Assembly (NCBI GenBank): GCA_963666485.2 | Contig: CAXXUO010000003.1 | Span: forward strand, 1 to 64,000 | Reading direction: 5' to 3' | DNA length: 64,000 nucleotides | From: Syntrophorhabdaceae bacterium | GTDB lineage: Bacteria; Desulfobacterota; Syntrophorhabdia; Syntrophorhabdales; Syntrophorhabdaceae | Part shown: positions 41,646 through 54,221 of the stretch, piece by piece | How the letters are laid out: each line of letters opens with the position of its first letter | Position numbering within the stretch: position 1 is the first letter of the stretch | The notes under the pieces: generated by a model | Database searches by the model: none | What the model saw: the letters and a program-made list of their open reading frames with translations, nothing else | What the model was told of the DNA's origin: nothing | Made by a program: the position numbers and the translations under genes

Positions 41646-42571
41646 GCCCGATCCGGGTGGTCCGCCTCCTGGGCGCCACGGGCACGGGCAAGACCGCCGC
41701 CGCCCTGGCCCTGGCCGAGGCCTTTGGCGGGGCGGTGGTCAATGTCGATTCGCGGCAGGTCTATGCCGGCCTGGCCGTGCTCACGGCCCAGCCCACCCCG
41801 GACGAGCAGGCCCGCTGTCCCCATGCCCTCTATGGCGACACGCCCCTGACCGTGCCCGTGGCGGCCGGGGATTTCGCCCGCCGGGCCCGGGCGGCGGTGG
41901 CGGATTTCGCGGCCAGGGGGCATCTGCCCCCTGCTGGTCGGCGGCACCGGGCTCTATTTCCGGGCCATTGCCGGCGGTCTGGCCCCGATTCCGCCTGTGC
42001 CCGCGGCCGTGCGCCAGGAGGTCCGCCGCCAGTGGGACGCCCTGGGCCCCGAGGCCATGCACGCCCGGCTCGCGGCCGTGGATCCGGCCTACGCGGCCCG
42101 GATCGCCCCGGCCGACCGCCAGCGCGTGACCCGGGCCCTGGAGGTCCAGGCCGCCACGGGCCGGCCGTTTGGCCAGTGGCACGCCCTGCCCGATCCCGAG
42201 GCCCCCGATTACGCGACCCTGAGCCTGGGGGTGGCCCTGCCCTTGGACGCCCCTGACCCCGCGCCTGGCCGCGCGCATCGAGGCCATGCTGGCCGGCGGG
42301 GGCGGTGCAGGAGGTGCGCCGGGCCCTGTTGACCTGTCCCGAGGACGCTCCCGGCCTGTCCGGCATCGGCGGCCCGGAACTCGTCGCCTATCTGGCCGGC
42401 CGGCTGGACCGCGACGCGGCCGCGGCCTGCTGGCTCGCCAATACCCGGGCCTATGCCAAGCGCCAGATGACCTGGTTTCGCAAGGAACCCGACGTGCGCT
42501 GGTTCGCGCCCGGCCAGCACCAGGCCATGATCGCCGCCGTCGAAGACTGGCTCGGGGGAGGACGTCCGTGA
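41642..42571 (+). CDS. miaA: tRNA dimethylallyltransferase (apparent frameshifts)
   Basis: GATGTGKT, NVDSRQVY, DRQRVTRALEV, TRAYAKRQMTWFR. Confidence 0.9.
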
Positions 42572-43729
42572 ACCGGCGCCGTTTTATGGGCTTGCTGGCC
42601 GGCGTCGGCGCGGTCGTGGCCGTGTGTCCGGGGCGGGTGTGGGGCGGCCAAGTCGGCCCACGAACTGGCCGGCCAGGCCCTGGACCGGTTTGCAGGGCCG
42701 GCCGCCTGGACGAGGCCCTGGAGATCCTGGCCGAGGCCAGGCGCCTCGATCCCCGCGATGACCGCGTCCGGGCCCTGCTTGGTCGGGCGTACTTCCAGAA
42801 GGGCGATCCGGTGCGGGCGCTGGAGGAATTCCGCCTGGCGGTGCGGTTCAATCCCGAGGACACCCAGTCCCGGATCATGGTCGAGACCATCAGCCAGTTT
42901 CCCCTGCCGGCCGGCGGGAAGCAGGCCCGGCAACGCCCTCCGGGACGGCCTTCGGTCCTGGAACGCGAGGCCGGGGCCGAACGCGAACGGCTGCTGGCCG
43001 GCAGCGCGGCGCCCCGGCCGGCCGGCCCCTTCCGGTTGCTCCTCGATCCCGGCCACGGCGGTTCGGATTCCGGCGCGGCCGGTCCGGGACTGCGGGAAGC
43101 CGACGTGACCCTGGACGTGTCCCTGCGCCTGGCGCGGCTGCTGGCCGGTACGGCGCGGGAACGGCTGGACGTGTCCCTGACCCGGGTGGCCGACGCCGGA
43201 CTGCCGGGGTGGGCCCGGGCCGGTCTGGCCGCCTGGTATGGCGCGGATCTGCTGCTCTCCCTGCATGCCACGCGTCTGGCCGATCCCGGCGTGTCCGGCA
43301 TTGCGGTGCTGGCGGCTGGCCGGGAGGCCTCCAATCCGGTGGCCGCGGCCGTGGCCCGGGTGGAAAACGCCGCCCACGGCCCGCTGCCGCCGGCCGGGCC
43401 GGGAGCGGAACAGGCGTTCTTCACCCGGGCGGTGCACCAGGCGGCGGCCACGGGACTGTTGCGTCGGGGGGGGGAGCTGGCCGGGAGCCTGGCCAAGGCG
43501 CTGTCCGGGGCAGGGGCGCCCCTGGCCGTGCGGACCGTGGGCGTGGCGCCCCTGCGGCTGCTGGCCGAGGCCGATGCCCCGGCCGTGCTGGTGGAGACGG
43601 GGGTTTCTCTCCAACCCGGGCGACGCGGCGATCCTGGGCGGGGCCGAGGCCCGCCAGGCCCTGGCGGCCGCCCTGGCCAAGGCCGTGCTGGCCGCCATCG
43701 GGCCCGGGACGGACCGGGCGGCCCCATGA
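42568..43729 (+). CDS. Tat-exported TPR plus N-acetylmuramoyl-L-alanine amidase (Amidase_3); apparent frameshifts
   Basis: MNRRRFMGLL twin-arginine signal, TPR, LLDPGHGGSDSGA, SLHA, AVLVETG. Confidence 0.8.
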
Positions 43730-43764
43730 AAAACGCCCCGACGGCCGGACCGGCGGGGCGCTTG
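43729..43764. terminator. GC hairpin between the convergent amidase and tatA genes
   Basis: AAAA-CGCCCCG...CGGGGCG-CTT; reads as a hairpin plus T-tract on the minus strand. Confidence 0.5.
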
Positions 43765-43783
43765 AACAGCAGGCTTGCGGGGA

Positions 43784-43978
43784 CTATTTCTTGTCCGGGG
43801 ACTCGTCCTTGGTCTTGCCGGGCGTGACGTCGATCTCGTCGGGCTCGTTGGTGGCCTTCTTGAAGTTCTTGATGGCCTTGCCCATGCCGGCACCGATCTC
43901 GGGAAGCTTGTTGGCTCCGAAAATGATGAGCACGATGACCAAGATAATGATAAGCTCCGGAAAACCGATTCCAAACAT
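43784..43978 (-). CDS. tatA: Twin-arginine translocase TatA/E
   Basis: [42 protein letters not shown]. Confidence 0.95.
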   Translation of the reverse strand: MFGIGFPELIIILVIVLIIFGANKLPEIGAGMGKAIKNFKKATNEPDEIDVTPGKTKDESPDKK

Positions 43979-44065
43979 GTCATGCCTCCACGGATGGGTT
44001 GGTCGAGGCTATACACGCCGTCTGGGGGCAGGTCAAGGAAGGGAGGCCAGGGTGGAAAAAGCGTC

Positions 44066-44470
44066 ATGCCGGCCCGGGTGACGCCCTTGCCGGGGCTGGG
44101 CTGCCGGCATTATCGGCGCGGGCGCTGCCTGATCGAGGAGCACCGCAATCCGGGGCTGGCCGCGTCCAACCGTTGCCTGGTGCTCGAACGGCTCGGCCGG
44201 GCGTTTGATGATTTCCTGCTGCGGGCCGAGAACCTGTCCCTGACCGAGGGACCGGGCGGCCAGGCTCTGGGAGGCCCGGCTCCAGGCCACCCTGGCCAGG
44301 GAGGGGGATTGTCGGGATTACCTCCCTGGTGATACCCAGTCCTTTCCGGATTGCCGCCATGCCGACGGCGATCTGTGCCTGCTGGCCTTTCCCGCCTGTG
44401 CCGGGCGTTGTGCCCGCTTTGGGCGGCCATAGGCCGCATCACCCGAGCCAAGGACGGTTTTTCGCCATGA
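44066..44470 (+). CDS. Cys-rich hypothetical protein (apparent frameshifts; end approximate)
   Basis: MPARVTPLPGLGCRHYRRGRCLIEE...; the continuation lies in other frames. Confidence 0.5.
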
Positions 44471-45302
44471 CGAGCACCGTATCCAGCCCTGGGCTGGTCC
44501 ATTTTCCCTCCCTGCATCCGGCCCTGGCTCCGGCCGAGATCCCGGATGCGGTCCGATTCCTCGATCCGGGCCTGGGCGCAGCCGACGATCCGTCCCTGTG
44601 GCGACCGGCCGGGTTGCCCTTGGGGGACGAGGCCTTGGCCGGGTTTTCGCGGGAGTTCGAGCGGCTCAAGGCCGAGGTGAAAAATCCCAAGGACCTGGCC
44701 TTGCTCGCCAACGCGTCCAACGGCCATTTTTTTGCCGCCACCTCCTTTGCCGTGCGCGAGGAACTCGAGGACCAGCTCCATCCCGAGCGCGTGGCCAAGC
44801 GCCGCCGGACCGCCGCCCAGCTCACCCTGTGCCTGGCCTGGATGGTGGAGGAGAGCCTGCTCGAACTGGCGGCTTCGGCCGTGCTCGAAACCCGGTTCCG
44901 TTCCGCCATGGCCGAGAGCCTCGGCCTGGACCAGGACGCGGACGACGCCGAGGACGCGGCCGAACTGGCGGACGTGCTGACCGGGGGTGAGCCTGCCGGC
45001 CGGGGCGGCCCCTGGCCGAGGAGTTCGGCGTGCCCTGGCAGCGTCTGCTGTCGCCGCTGTGGGCCGTGGTGCCGGCCGCGGTCGGGCTGTACGTGTCCGA
45101 TATCGCCATTGCCGCCGGTTGGCAGGAGGCCGGGATTGGTCTGGCGCCCCTGGACCAGCTGGGGGCCGACGTCCCGGGCCTGGACAGCGATGCGGTGCTG
45201 GCGGTCCGGGAGACGGGCTGGCGGCTTTTGGGCAAGACCCGGCCCAATTCCGAGGCGCCCTGGCTCGACGTGCCCCGGCTGGTGGTCGTCCCCCGGGCCT
45301 AG
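44467..45302 (+). CDS. Hypothetical protein (apparent frameshift at about 45000)
   Basis: MTSTVSSPGLVHFPSLHP...LCLAWMVEE; the C-terminal part PWQRLL... is in another frame. Confidence 0.55.
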
Positions 45303-45312
45303 GAGGCATGCT

Positions 45313-45987
45313 TTGTACGTGTGCAGCCCGCTTTCTCCGCCCCGGTTCGCGCGCCGGGTGCGGGGCATCATTTTCGACTGCGACGGCGTGCTCGTGGACT
45401 CGCGGGACTCCAACCGCATGTTCTACAACCTCATCCGCGGCAAGCTGGGCCTGCCCCCCATCTCGGCCGAGGACGAGGAGTACGTGCACGCCCATTCCGT
45501 GTGCGAATGCCTGGCCCGCATCATCCCGGCCGGGCGGATGGACGAGGCCGAGGCGGCCCGGCGCGAACTCGACTACGGCGAGATCTTCCCGTCCATCTTC
45601 CTGGAGGACGGGCTGGTGACCCTGCTCGAATTCCTCACCCGGCGCGGCATCCGCATGGCCGTCAACACCAACCGCACCACCACCACCGAGCGCCTGCTGG
45701 CCCATTTCGGCATCCTGCGTTTTTTCATGCCCGTGATCAGCGCCGGGGGGCTGTCCCATCCCAAGCCCAATCCCGAGGGCGTGCACCGCATCCTGGCCAC
45801 CTGGGGCATGCCGCGCGAAGATGTGGCCTACATCGGCGACTCGGCCCTGGACGAGCGCACGGCCCGGGCGGCCGACGTCCAGTTCTGGGCCTACAAGAAC
45901 CCCAAGCTCATGGCCCACATGCATGTCCAGGATTTCGACAGCCTGCGCGCCTGTCTGGCCCGGGCCCTGCCCGGGGAGGGGCTGTAG
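45313..45987 (+). CDS. HAD-family hydrolase (phosphoglycolate phosphatase-like)
   Basis: AGGAGG then TTG; IIFDCDGVLVDS, NTNR, PKPNPEG, YIGDSALD. Confidence 0.85.
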   Translation: MYVCSPLSPPRFARRVRGIIFDCDGVLVDSRDSNRMFYNLIRGKLGLPPISAEDEEYVHAHSVCECLARIIPAGRMDEAEAARRELDYGEIFPSIFLEDGLVTLLEFLTRRGIRMAVNTNRTTTTERLLAHFGILRFFMPVISAGGLSHPKPNPEGVHRILATWGMPREDVAYIGDSALDERTARAADVQFWAYKNPKLMAHMHVQDFDSLRACLARALPGEGL

Positions 45988-46094
45988 CCGGAAGGAGGCC
46001 GCGTTCGGAAATTTCTTGATTAATGCCAGGCGCTGTGCCAGTTTTCGGCTAAGGCGCGTTGGCGTCTCATGGTTTGGTGGTGAAAGGGAGTGCT

Positions 46095-46400
46095 ATGGAA
46101 ATCATTGGAAATTTTTTTACCGCGGTGGCCTTTTTGGTCAACACGGTCCTCAAACTCTATTTTTGGGTGATCATCATCGCGGCCTTGCTGACCTGGGTCA
46201 GGCCCGATCCGTATAATCCCATCGTCCGGTTTCTGCGCGCCGCGACCGAGCCGGTTTTTTACCGGGTACGCCGGCTGCTGCCGTTCCTCGTCATCGGCGG
46301 GATCGATCTCGCGCCCATCGTGGTCCTTTTGGCCGTCGAATTCCTGCGTATGTTCCTGGTGCCGACCCTGTACGGTTTCGGCGCTCCCATACGCATGTAG
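46095..46400 (+). CDS. yggT: YggT family membrane protein
   Basis: LLTWVRPDPYNPIVRFL...TEPV...IDLAPIV. Confidence 0.9.
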   Translation: MEIIGNFFTAVAFLVNTVLKLYFWVIIIAALLTWVRPDPYNPIVRFLRAATEPVFYRVRRLLPFLVIGGIDLAPIVVLLAVEFLRMFLVPTLYGFGAPIRM

Positions 46401-46498
46401 GGCCGAGCCTTGAGGACGGAGTGCGTCATGGGCGGATCGGAAATGGTGCGAACGGAACAGTCGCGTGACGCGGCGTTCCCAGGCCAGGCGCGATAGCC

Positions 46499-47105
46499 GT
46501 GACCCTCGACAAGATCGACCTGATCGACCGGAAATTCGCCAAAAGCCTGCTCGGCTACAGCCGCAGCGATGTGGACCGCCTGGTGGCCGAGGCGGCCGAG
46601 TCCATCGGCCGTCTGGCCGAGGAAAAGATGGCGTTGGCCCGGACCGTCGAGGAATTGCGCCGGGAAGTGGCCGGGTACCAGTCCCGGGAAACGACCCTGC
46701 GCGACACGATGCTCACCACCCAGACCATTGTCGAGGACGTCAAGGCCAAGGCCAAGCGCCAGGCCGAGGCCCTGCTCGACGAGGCCAGGGACCGGGCCGC
46801 CGCCCTGATCCGGGAGGCCGAGGACCGGGCGGGGCGCGTTGCGGGCCGAGATCGACGCCCTCACCCAGCGCAAGACCGCCCTGACGGCCCGGTTTCGCGA
46901 CCTGCTCCTGGCCACCCTGGACATCCTGGATGGCGATGCGGCCGCGGACGGCCCGGCCCTGGCCCCCTGGACGGCCCCGGCCCAAGGCCGCCTGGCGGCA
47001 GCGGACGAACCCGGGGAGACCGACGACCCGCCGGCGGCGAGCCGGGACCCCGACCCCGACCCGGAAGACAGCCGGGAAGCCCTGGTCGGGGAGGCGCGGC
47101 CGTGA
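46499..47105 (+). CDS. DivIVA-domain protein (apparent frameshift at about 46830)
   Basis: IDLIDRKFAKSLLGYSRSDVD followed by a coiled coil; yggT-divIVA-yggU context. Confidence 0.8.
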
Positions 47106-47407
47106 ACCGGCCGGTGTTCGCCGCCATGGCCGGCCCCGGGGCCTGGACGCTGCGGGTGGTGGTCACCCCCGGGGGATCGAAGGATGTTCTGGCCGGACTG
47201 GCCGCGGACCGGTTGCGGATCAGGCTGCGGGCCAAGGCCTTGGAAGGCGCGGCCAACGCGGCGTTGACGGTATTTCTGGCCGGCGTGCTGGGGCTGCGGC
47301 CCCGGCAGGTGGCCATCGTTTCCGGGGAGCGGTCCCGGAAAAAGACCATCCGCATCGAAACGGAGTCCGAACCTGACTGGTCCGCCGTGGCCGGAACGGG
47401 AATGTGA
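47102..47407 (+). CDS. DUF167/YggU family protein
   Basis: LRVVVTPG, ALEGAANAAL, VSGERSRKK. Confidence 0.8.
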   Translation: MNRPVFAAMAGPGAWTLRVVVTPGGSKDVLAGLAADRLRIRLRAKALEGAANAALTVFLAGVLGLRPRQVAIVSGERSRKKTIRIETESEPDWSAVAGTGM

Positions 47408-47435
47408 CGAGAACCGCCAACAAGGAGCCTTTGCC

Positions 47436-47669
47436 ATGGAACAACGCGATCTGGATCTCATTGCCAAGTACGGTGAGGCGGACCCGGAACTCAAAAGTCT
47501 TTATGAGGAGCACGTCGCGTTCGAGAAGATCCTGGAGAAGATGGAAGGAAAACCCTTCCGTACTCCCTCGGAAGAAACGGAACTCAGGGAAATCAAGAAA
47601 AAGAAGCTGGCCGGCAAGACCCGCATCGAGACGTTGCTGATGAAATACCGCAAGGCGGAGGAAAAATAG
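47436..47669 (+). CDS. DUF465/YdcH family small protein
   Basis: AAGGAG RBS; LYEEH...[16 protein letters not shown]. Confidence 0.8.
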   Translation: MEQRDLDLIAKYGEADPELKSLYEEHVAFEKILEKMEGKPFRTPSEETELREIKKKKLAGKTRIETLLMKYRKAEEK

Positions 47670-47670
47670 C

Positions 47671-49363
47671 ATGGAACTTACCGGGGCCCAGATCCTCCTG
47701 GAATCCCTGCGCCGTGAAGGCGTGGAAGTCGTGTTCGGCTTTCCGGGAGGAGCGGTCATCGACATCTACGATCAGTTGCCGAGCTACCCCCTGCGCCATA
47801 TCCTGGCACGCCACGAGCAGGGTGCCATCCATGCCGCGGACGGGTATGCCCGGGCCACGGGCAAGGTCGGCGTATGCCTGGTAACCTCGGGCCCCGGAGC
47901 CACCAATGCCGTGACCGGCATCGCCACCGCGTACATGGATTCCGTGCCGGTCGTCATCATCACCGGGCAGGTCCCGACCCCCCTGATCGGCAACGACGCC
48001 TTCCAGGAAGTGGACATCGTGGGCATCACCCGTTCCTGCACCAAGCACAATTATCTGGTCAAGGACGTGCGGGACCTGGCCCGGGTCATCAAGGAAGCCT
48101 TCTATCTGGCCGCCACGGGGCGGCCCGGGCCGGTGCTCATCGACCTGCCCAAGGACGTGCAGAAGGCCGTCGCGGAGTACCACTACCCGGAAACCATCAA
48201 GATGCGCAGCTACAACCCCACCTACACGCCCAACCCCAAGCAGGTGGCCAAGGTGGCGGAGGTGGTCAAACGGGCCAAAAAACCCATCATCTACGCCGGC
48301 GGCGGGGTCATCGCCTCGGGCGCCAGCGAGGAACTCACCTGGCTGGCACGGTCGCTGCGCATCCCGGTCACGGCCACGCTCATGGCCCTTGGGCTGCTTC
48401 CCGGCCGACGATCCGCTGTGGGTGGGCATGCTCGGCATGCACGGCACGTTCGCCGCCAACATGGCCGTGAGCCAGGCCGACCTGATCCTGGCCATCGGCA
48501 GCCGCTTCGACGACCGGGTCACGGGCAAGATCAGCGAGTTCGCGAAAAACGCCAAGATCGTGCACATCGACATCGATCCGACCTCGATCCAGAAGAACGT
48601 GCCCGTGCACATCCCGGTGGTGGCCGACTGCCAGAGCTTCCTTACCGCCCTGCGCCAGATCCTGGAGCCGACCCTGGATGCGGCGGCCGCGGCCACGCTC
48701 CGTGCCCCCTGGATCGAACGCATCGCCAACTGGAACAGGGAAACCCCCCTGACCTATGCGGCGGACGCGGAAAAGATCAAACCCCAGTACGTGGTGGAGG
48801 TCATCTCCAGGCTCACCCAGGGCGAGGCCATCATCACCACCGAGGTGGGCCAGCACCAGATGTGGGCGGCCCAGTTCTACACCTTCCGCAAGCCGCGTTC
48901 CTTCATCAGTTCCGGGGGCCTGGGCACCATGGGCTTCGGGTTTCCGGCCGCCATCGGCGCCCAGATGGCCTTTCCCGACCGGCTGGTCATCGACATCGCC
49001 GGGGACGGCTCCATCCAGATGTGCATCCAGGAGCTGGCCACGGCCGTGTGCTACGACCTGCCGGTCAAGATCGTGATCTTGAACAACGGCTACCTTGGCA
49101 TGGTCCGGCAGTGGCAGGAACTGTTCTATGCCAAGAATTACTGTGCGACCTGCCTCGACGTGGCTCCGGATTTCGTGAAGCTGGCCGAGGCCTACGGCGC
49201 CGTCGGCTACCGGGTTACCGACCCGGCCAAGGTGGAATCCGTGCTGGCCGAGGCCTTTGCCCTGCGAAAGACCGTCATCGTGGACGTGGTGGTGGACCGC
49301 GAGGAAAACGTCGCGCCCATGGTTCCGGCCGGCAAATCCTTAACCGAGATGATTCTCGTGTAG
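47671..49363 (+). CDS. ilvB: Acetolactate synthase large subunit (apparent frameshift at about 48390)
   Basis: [46 protein letters not shown]...[12 protein letters not shown]. Confidence 0.93.
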
Positions 49364-49373
49364 GAGCCGCCCC

Positions 49374-50970
<1,597 letters not shown>

Positions 50971-51022
50971 TCCTGTCACGGCGGCCGCGTCCATTTTGGC
51001 GCGGCCGCCTGGGAGAACCGCC

Positions 51023-51562
51023 ATGGCCGCATTCGTTCGGATACGCGCGCCGCCTGTCTTGGCCCGATCCTGCTGTTGTTGCTCACGCTTCTGCCTGTTC
51101 GCGCTGATGGTCGCGACGATCTGTGCCCCCGGACCGGTCGGGGAGGCCTCAGGGCCCAGTCCATGACCTTCGATACCTGGCTGCCCTTGGCCGAGGCCGG
51201 CGATCCCGAGGCCCAATGCCAGATCGGTGTGGCCTACCTTAACGGCAACCAGATCGCCCAGGATTTTCAAAAAGGCCTGGCTTGGCTCATGCGTTCCGCC
51301 GATGCCGGTTATGGCTACGCCCGCTTCGTGCTGGCCGACGTCTACAGCCGTGGCTATGCCGGCGTGCCGGTCAACGACGAAAAGGCGTACTACTATGCCT
51401 CGTTGGCCGTGGGCTTCCGCGACCATGCTCGAAAAGTACCGGGATCGGGCCGTCAAGATCCGCGATGCCAGCGCCAAGCATCTTACCCAGGCCCAGATCA
51501 ACCGCCTCCAGGCCATGACCACCCAGGCGCCCCGGGATGCCGTCGGCCGGTTCCTGAGGTGA
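51023..51562 (+). CDS. Exported Sel1-repeat protein (apparent frameshifts)
   Basis: LAEAGDPEAQCQIGVAYLNG...QKGLAWLMRSADAG. Confidence 0.7.
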
Positions 51563-51566
51563 GCGC

Positions 51567-52162
51567 ATGGTCATGACCCGGCTTCGTGTTCCCGGCTGGA
51601 TCCGGCTGGGGGCCCGGTGCTCGGAGCTCATGGTGCTGTGGACCCTGTCCTGGTTGCGGCGGGGCGTGGCCCAGGCCGTCAAGGCCGACACCCGGTCCTT
51701 CAACAGCTATTTCGCCGGACAAAGCGGCAAGATCTACGACCATCTGCTCAAGGTCACGGATTATTACGCCACCCTGGTCAAGGAGGGCAACGCCGACCGC
51801 GTCAAGGACGTGCTGGCCTTGCGGGCTTCGTTGTCAGCCTGTTGGGAGCTGTTTCTCAATGCCGGGGACATGGTCTATGTCTATGACCTGCTCGATCCGG
51901 CCTGCGCCGAGACCGTGAGGCCAGGTCGGCGGACTTGCTGCAAAACGGCCTGGGCGTCATCGCCGGCAAACTGGACAAGGAATTGCAGTGGATGCGGCTG
52001 GTGGAAAAAAACGTGGCCGATCTGCCGGTGTCTGTGGAACTATCCCAGGCGGCCAGGGACATCGAGGCGGCGGCGGCCTATTTCCGCAAGGCGGCCATGC
52101 TGTTCGCCCCGGCCGCGGCACCGGGCGGCGAGACGCGGCAGCCGGTTAGGAAGACGCCATGA
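51567..52162 (+). CDS. Hypothetical exported protein (apparent frameshifts)
   Basis: Coding-like fragments AVKADTRSFNSYFAGQSGKIYDHLL and LQNGLGVIAGKLDKEL in two frames. Confidence 0.5.
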
Positions 52163-52419
52163 ACCTGGCCTGGTCCGATCTGGTGGGCTATGCCGCCGGC
52201 ATCATCACCACGGCTTCGTTCGCGCCCCAGGTGGTCAAGACCCTGCGGACCCGCTCGACCAAGGACATTTCCCTGGGCATGTACCTGCTGATGACGTTTG
52301 GCATCGGGCTTTGGCTGGTGCACGGATTCCAGATCGGCTCCGGGCCGGTCGTGGTCGCCAACGGCGTGACCCTGGTGCTGGTGGGGATCATGCTCTACAT
52401 GAAGCTGCGTTACCGCTGA
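52159..52419 (+). CDS. SemiSWEET / PQ-loop transporter
   Basis: TTASFAPQVVKTLRTRSTKDISLGMY...WLVHG...VANGVT; 86 aa, 3 TM. Confidence 0.9.
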   Translation: MNLAWSDLVGYAAGIITTASFAPQVVKTLRTRSTKDISLGMYLLMTFGIGLWLVHGFQIGSGPVVVANGVTLVLVGIMLYMKLRYR

Positions 52420-52455
52420 CGCGGCGGCGCCCCGGCGGGGGCGCGGGAGGATCGC

Positions 52456-52740
52456 ATGCGCCTGACGTGTCTTGCCGTGCTGTTGGCCCTGGGACTGCTC
52501 GCGGTATCCGGTTGCGCCAGACACACCTACTACGTGGAGCTGACCAACGGCAATTCCTTCTACGTCGACCCGCCGCTCGTCCTCGATAAGCAGTCCGGGA
52601 CCTACCACATGAAGGTCAACGGCCTGCGCAAGGTCATCTCCATCGACGAGGTGCGCTACATCGACGACGCGGCCCCAGATCTGCTACCAGAACGTGTATA
52701 CCGACATCTATACCTGCTACGACGCGCTCTACCAGTTTGA
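52456..52740 (+). CDS. Small lipoprotein (apparent frameshift near the 3' end)
   Basis: GGAGG RBS; lipobox LAVSGC. Confidence 0.6.
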   Translation: MRLTCLAVLLALGLLAVSGCARHTYYVELTNGNSFYVDPPLVLDKQSGTYHMKVNGLRKVISIDEVRYIDDAAPDLLPERVYRHLYLLRRALPV

Positions 52741-52745
52741 CGGCC

Positions 52746-53764
52746 ATGCCCGATCCGCACCAGGAGCGGCTGAAAACCGAGGCCTTGCGGCTCCTGTATC
52801 GGCCGTCGCCGCCGCGGAGCGCTGCTGGGCGGCGGTGTTTTCCAACCCAACAGCCTGCCCGGCCTGATCGAGCGACTCGCCGATCCGGCCCGTGCCCCTG
52901 GACGGCCCGGCCCTGGTCAGCCTGTGCCTGCTGTATGCCCATGCCTACGTCCATCCCGAGGCCCTGGGCGATGGTCGTGTCCCTGGAGGACGCGACCGTG
53001 CTCGCCGGACGGTTCGTGTCGCGCCGGCACGGCACGCCGCTGCTGGACGGCCGGGAGGCGTTGCGCCTGTTTTTGCTCCACCACGGCTTTGCCTTGCAGA
53101 TGCTTTTCGATCTGGCCAAGACCGCCCATCTGCTGGCAAGCCTCGCGGCCGCGCCGCCACCGCCCGTCAACCGGCCATTTGTCGGCCTCGACTGCGGCAC
53201 GGGCACGGGGCATCCTGCTCCTGGGCCAGTACCTGCTGGCCCGGCGCGGGGGCTGGCGTTCGTGGGACTTGACCGGGCTCGAACGGGTGCCCCAGGTGGC
53301 GGCCCCGGGCCGACCAGATCCTGTCGCGCCTGGGCGTGGGCCGGGTGGTCCTGGCCGACGCCGCCCGTCCGCAATCCTATCGGGGACTGGGGCGGGGAGG
53401 GCGGTGGACTGCCTGGGCCAACGAGACGTTGCCCTCGGCCGGCCGGCGTCTGTACAAGGAGCCGTTCCCGGTCATCAGCCGGACCCTCTTCGCGGCCCTT
53501 GGCCCGGCGGCCCTGGCCGGGACGCGGTTTCTGCCCGAGGCGGTCTGGGCCTCGGACCGGGAGGGCCAAGGCCTCGTGCGCCTGGCCCCGGAAAACGCCT
53601 TTGCCGGTGACGCCGGACCGGATGCCGGCGGCAAGCCGCTGCATCTGTTGTACATGCGCGATGTGGTTCTGGGCGGACAACGCCTGCCCGTGGAACGGGT
53701 CGGGGAGGGCTATGCCGGACTGGTCGCCGCGCCCTGGCGGGCGGCCCTGGGCCGGCGCTGGTAG
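52746..53764 (+). CDS. Hypothetical SAM-methyltransferase-like protein (several apparent frameshifts)
   Basis: FVGLDCGTGTG motif I-like segment; C-terminal NETLPS...KEPF. Confidence 0.55.
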
Positions 53765-53943
53765 CGCGGGATGGCAGGTTTTCGACGAACGGCGCTGTTG
53801 TCTCGGTGAACGGCCTTTGTGTCGCCGCCCGAACGGTTTATGGATTTTATGCCGCCATTGACCGGAAATTTCTGGCCGGGCCGCCCCGAAATGCGGCATG
53901 GTCCGGCCTAGACGCAGCCAATCCCGAAACCCTGGGGGAATCC

Positions 53944-53994
53944 ATGACAGCCGACAATATCGAAAGCCTCATGCACGAACAGCGTCATTTCGAT
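53944..53994 (+). pseudogene. 5' stub of a probable acetyl-CoA synthetase, cut by the junction
   Basis: GGGGGA RBS then MTADNIESLMHEQRHF, resembling Acs N-termini; the frame then runs into unrelated lower-GC DNA. Confidence 0.55.
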
Positions 53995-54010
53995 ACTTGG
54001 CACCGATATC
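53985..54010. other. Junction between two different genomes or contigs (chimera/concatenation)
   Basis: Abrupt fall in GC, change of codon style, truncated gene, and the end of the frameshift-rich stretch. Confidence 0.8.
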
Positions 54011-54095
54011 CAGGGTGTTTCATTTAGACGTGAAACTGCCTTTGCCTTTTACTTCTTCCGTTTTGCGTCCTGCATTTCACGATTCCCGTCTTTTA

Positions 54096-54119
54096 ACGTG
54101 GAACGTGGAACGTGGAACC
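54096..54119 (+). repeat. Short 7-bp tandem repeat (AACGTGG)x3
   Basis: aacgtgg aacgtgg aacgtgg aac. Confidence 0.8.
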
Positions 54120-54142
54120 TGAAACTGAGTCGGTCGATTTAT

Positions 54143-54171
54143 TTGCTAATTTCGTAAAGTTCATATAAAAT
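54143..54171 (+). promoter_or_regulatory. Sigma70 promoter of tig-clpP-clpX
   Basis: TTGCTA-N17-TAAAAT, with GGAGG RBS before tig. Confidence 0.6.
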
Positions 54172-54221
54172 AAGGCAGTTTTTACGGGACGTTTCAGTCC
54201 CTTTTTCATGTCGGAGGTCGT

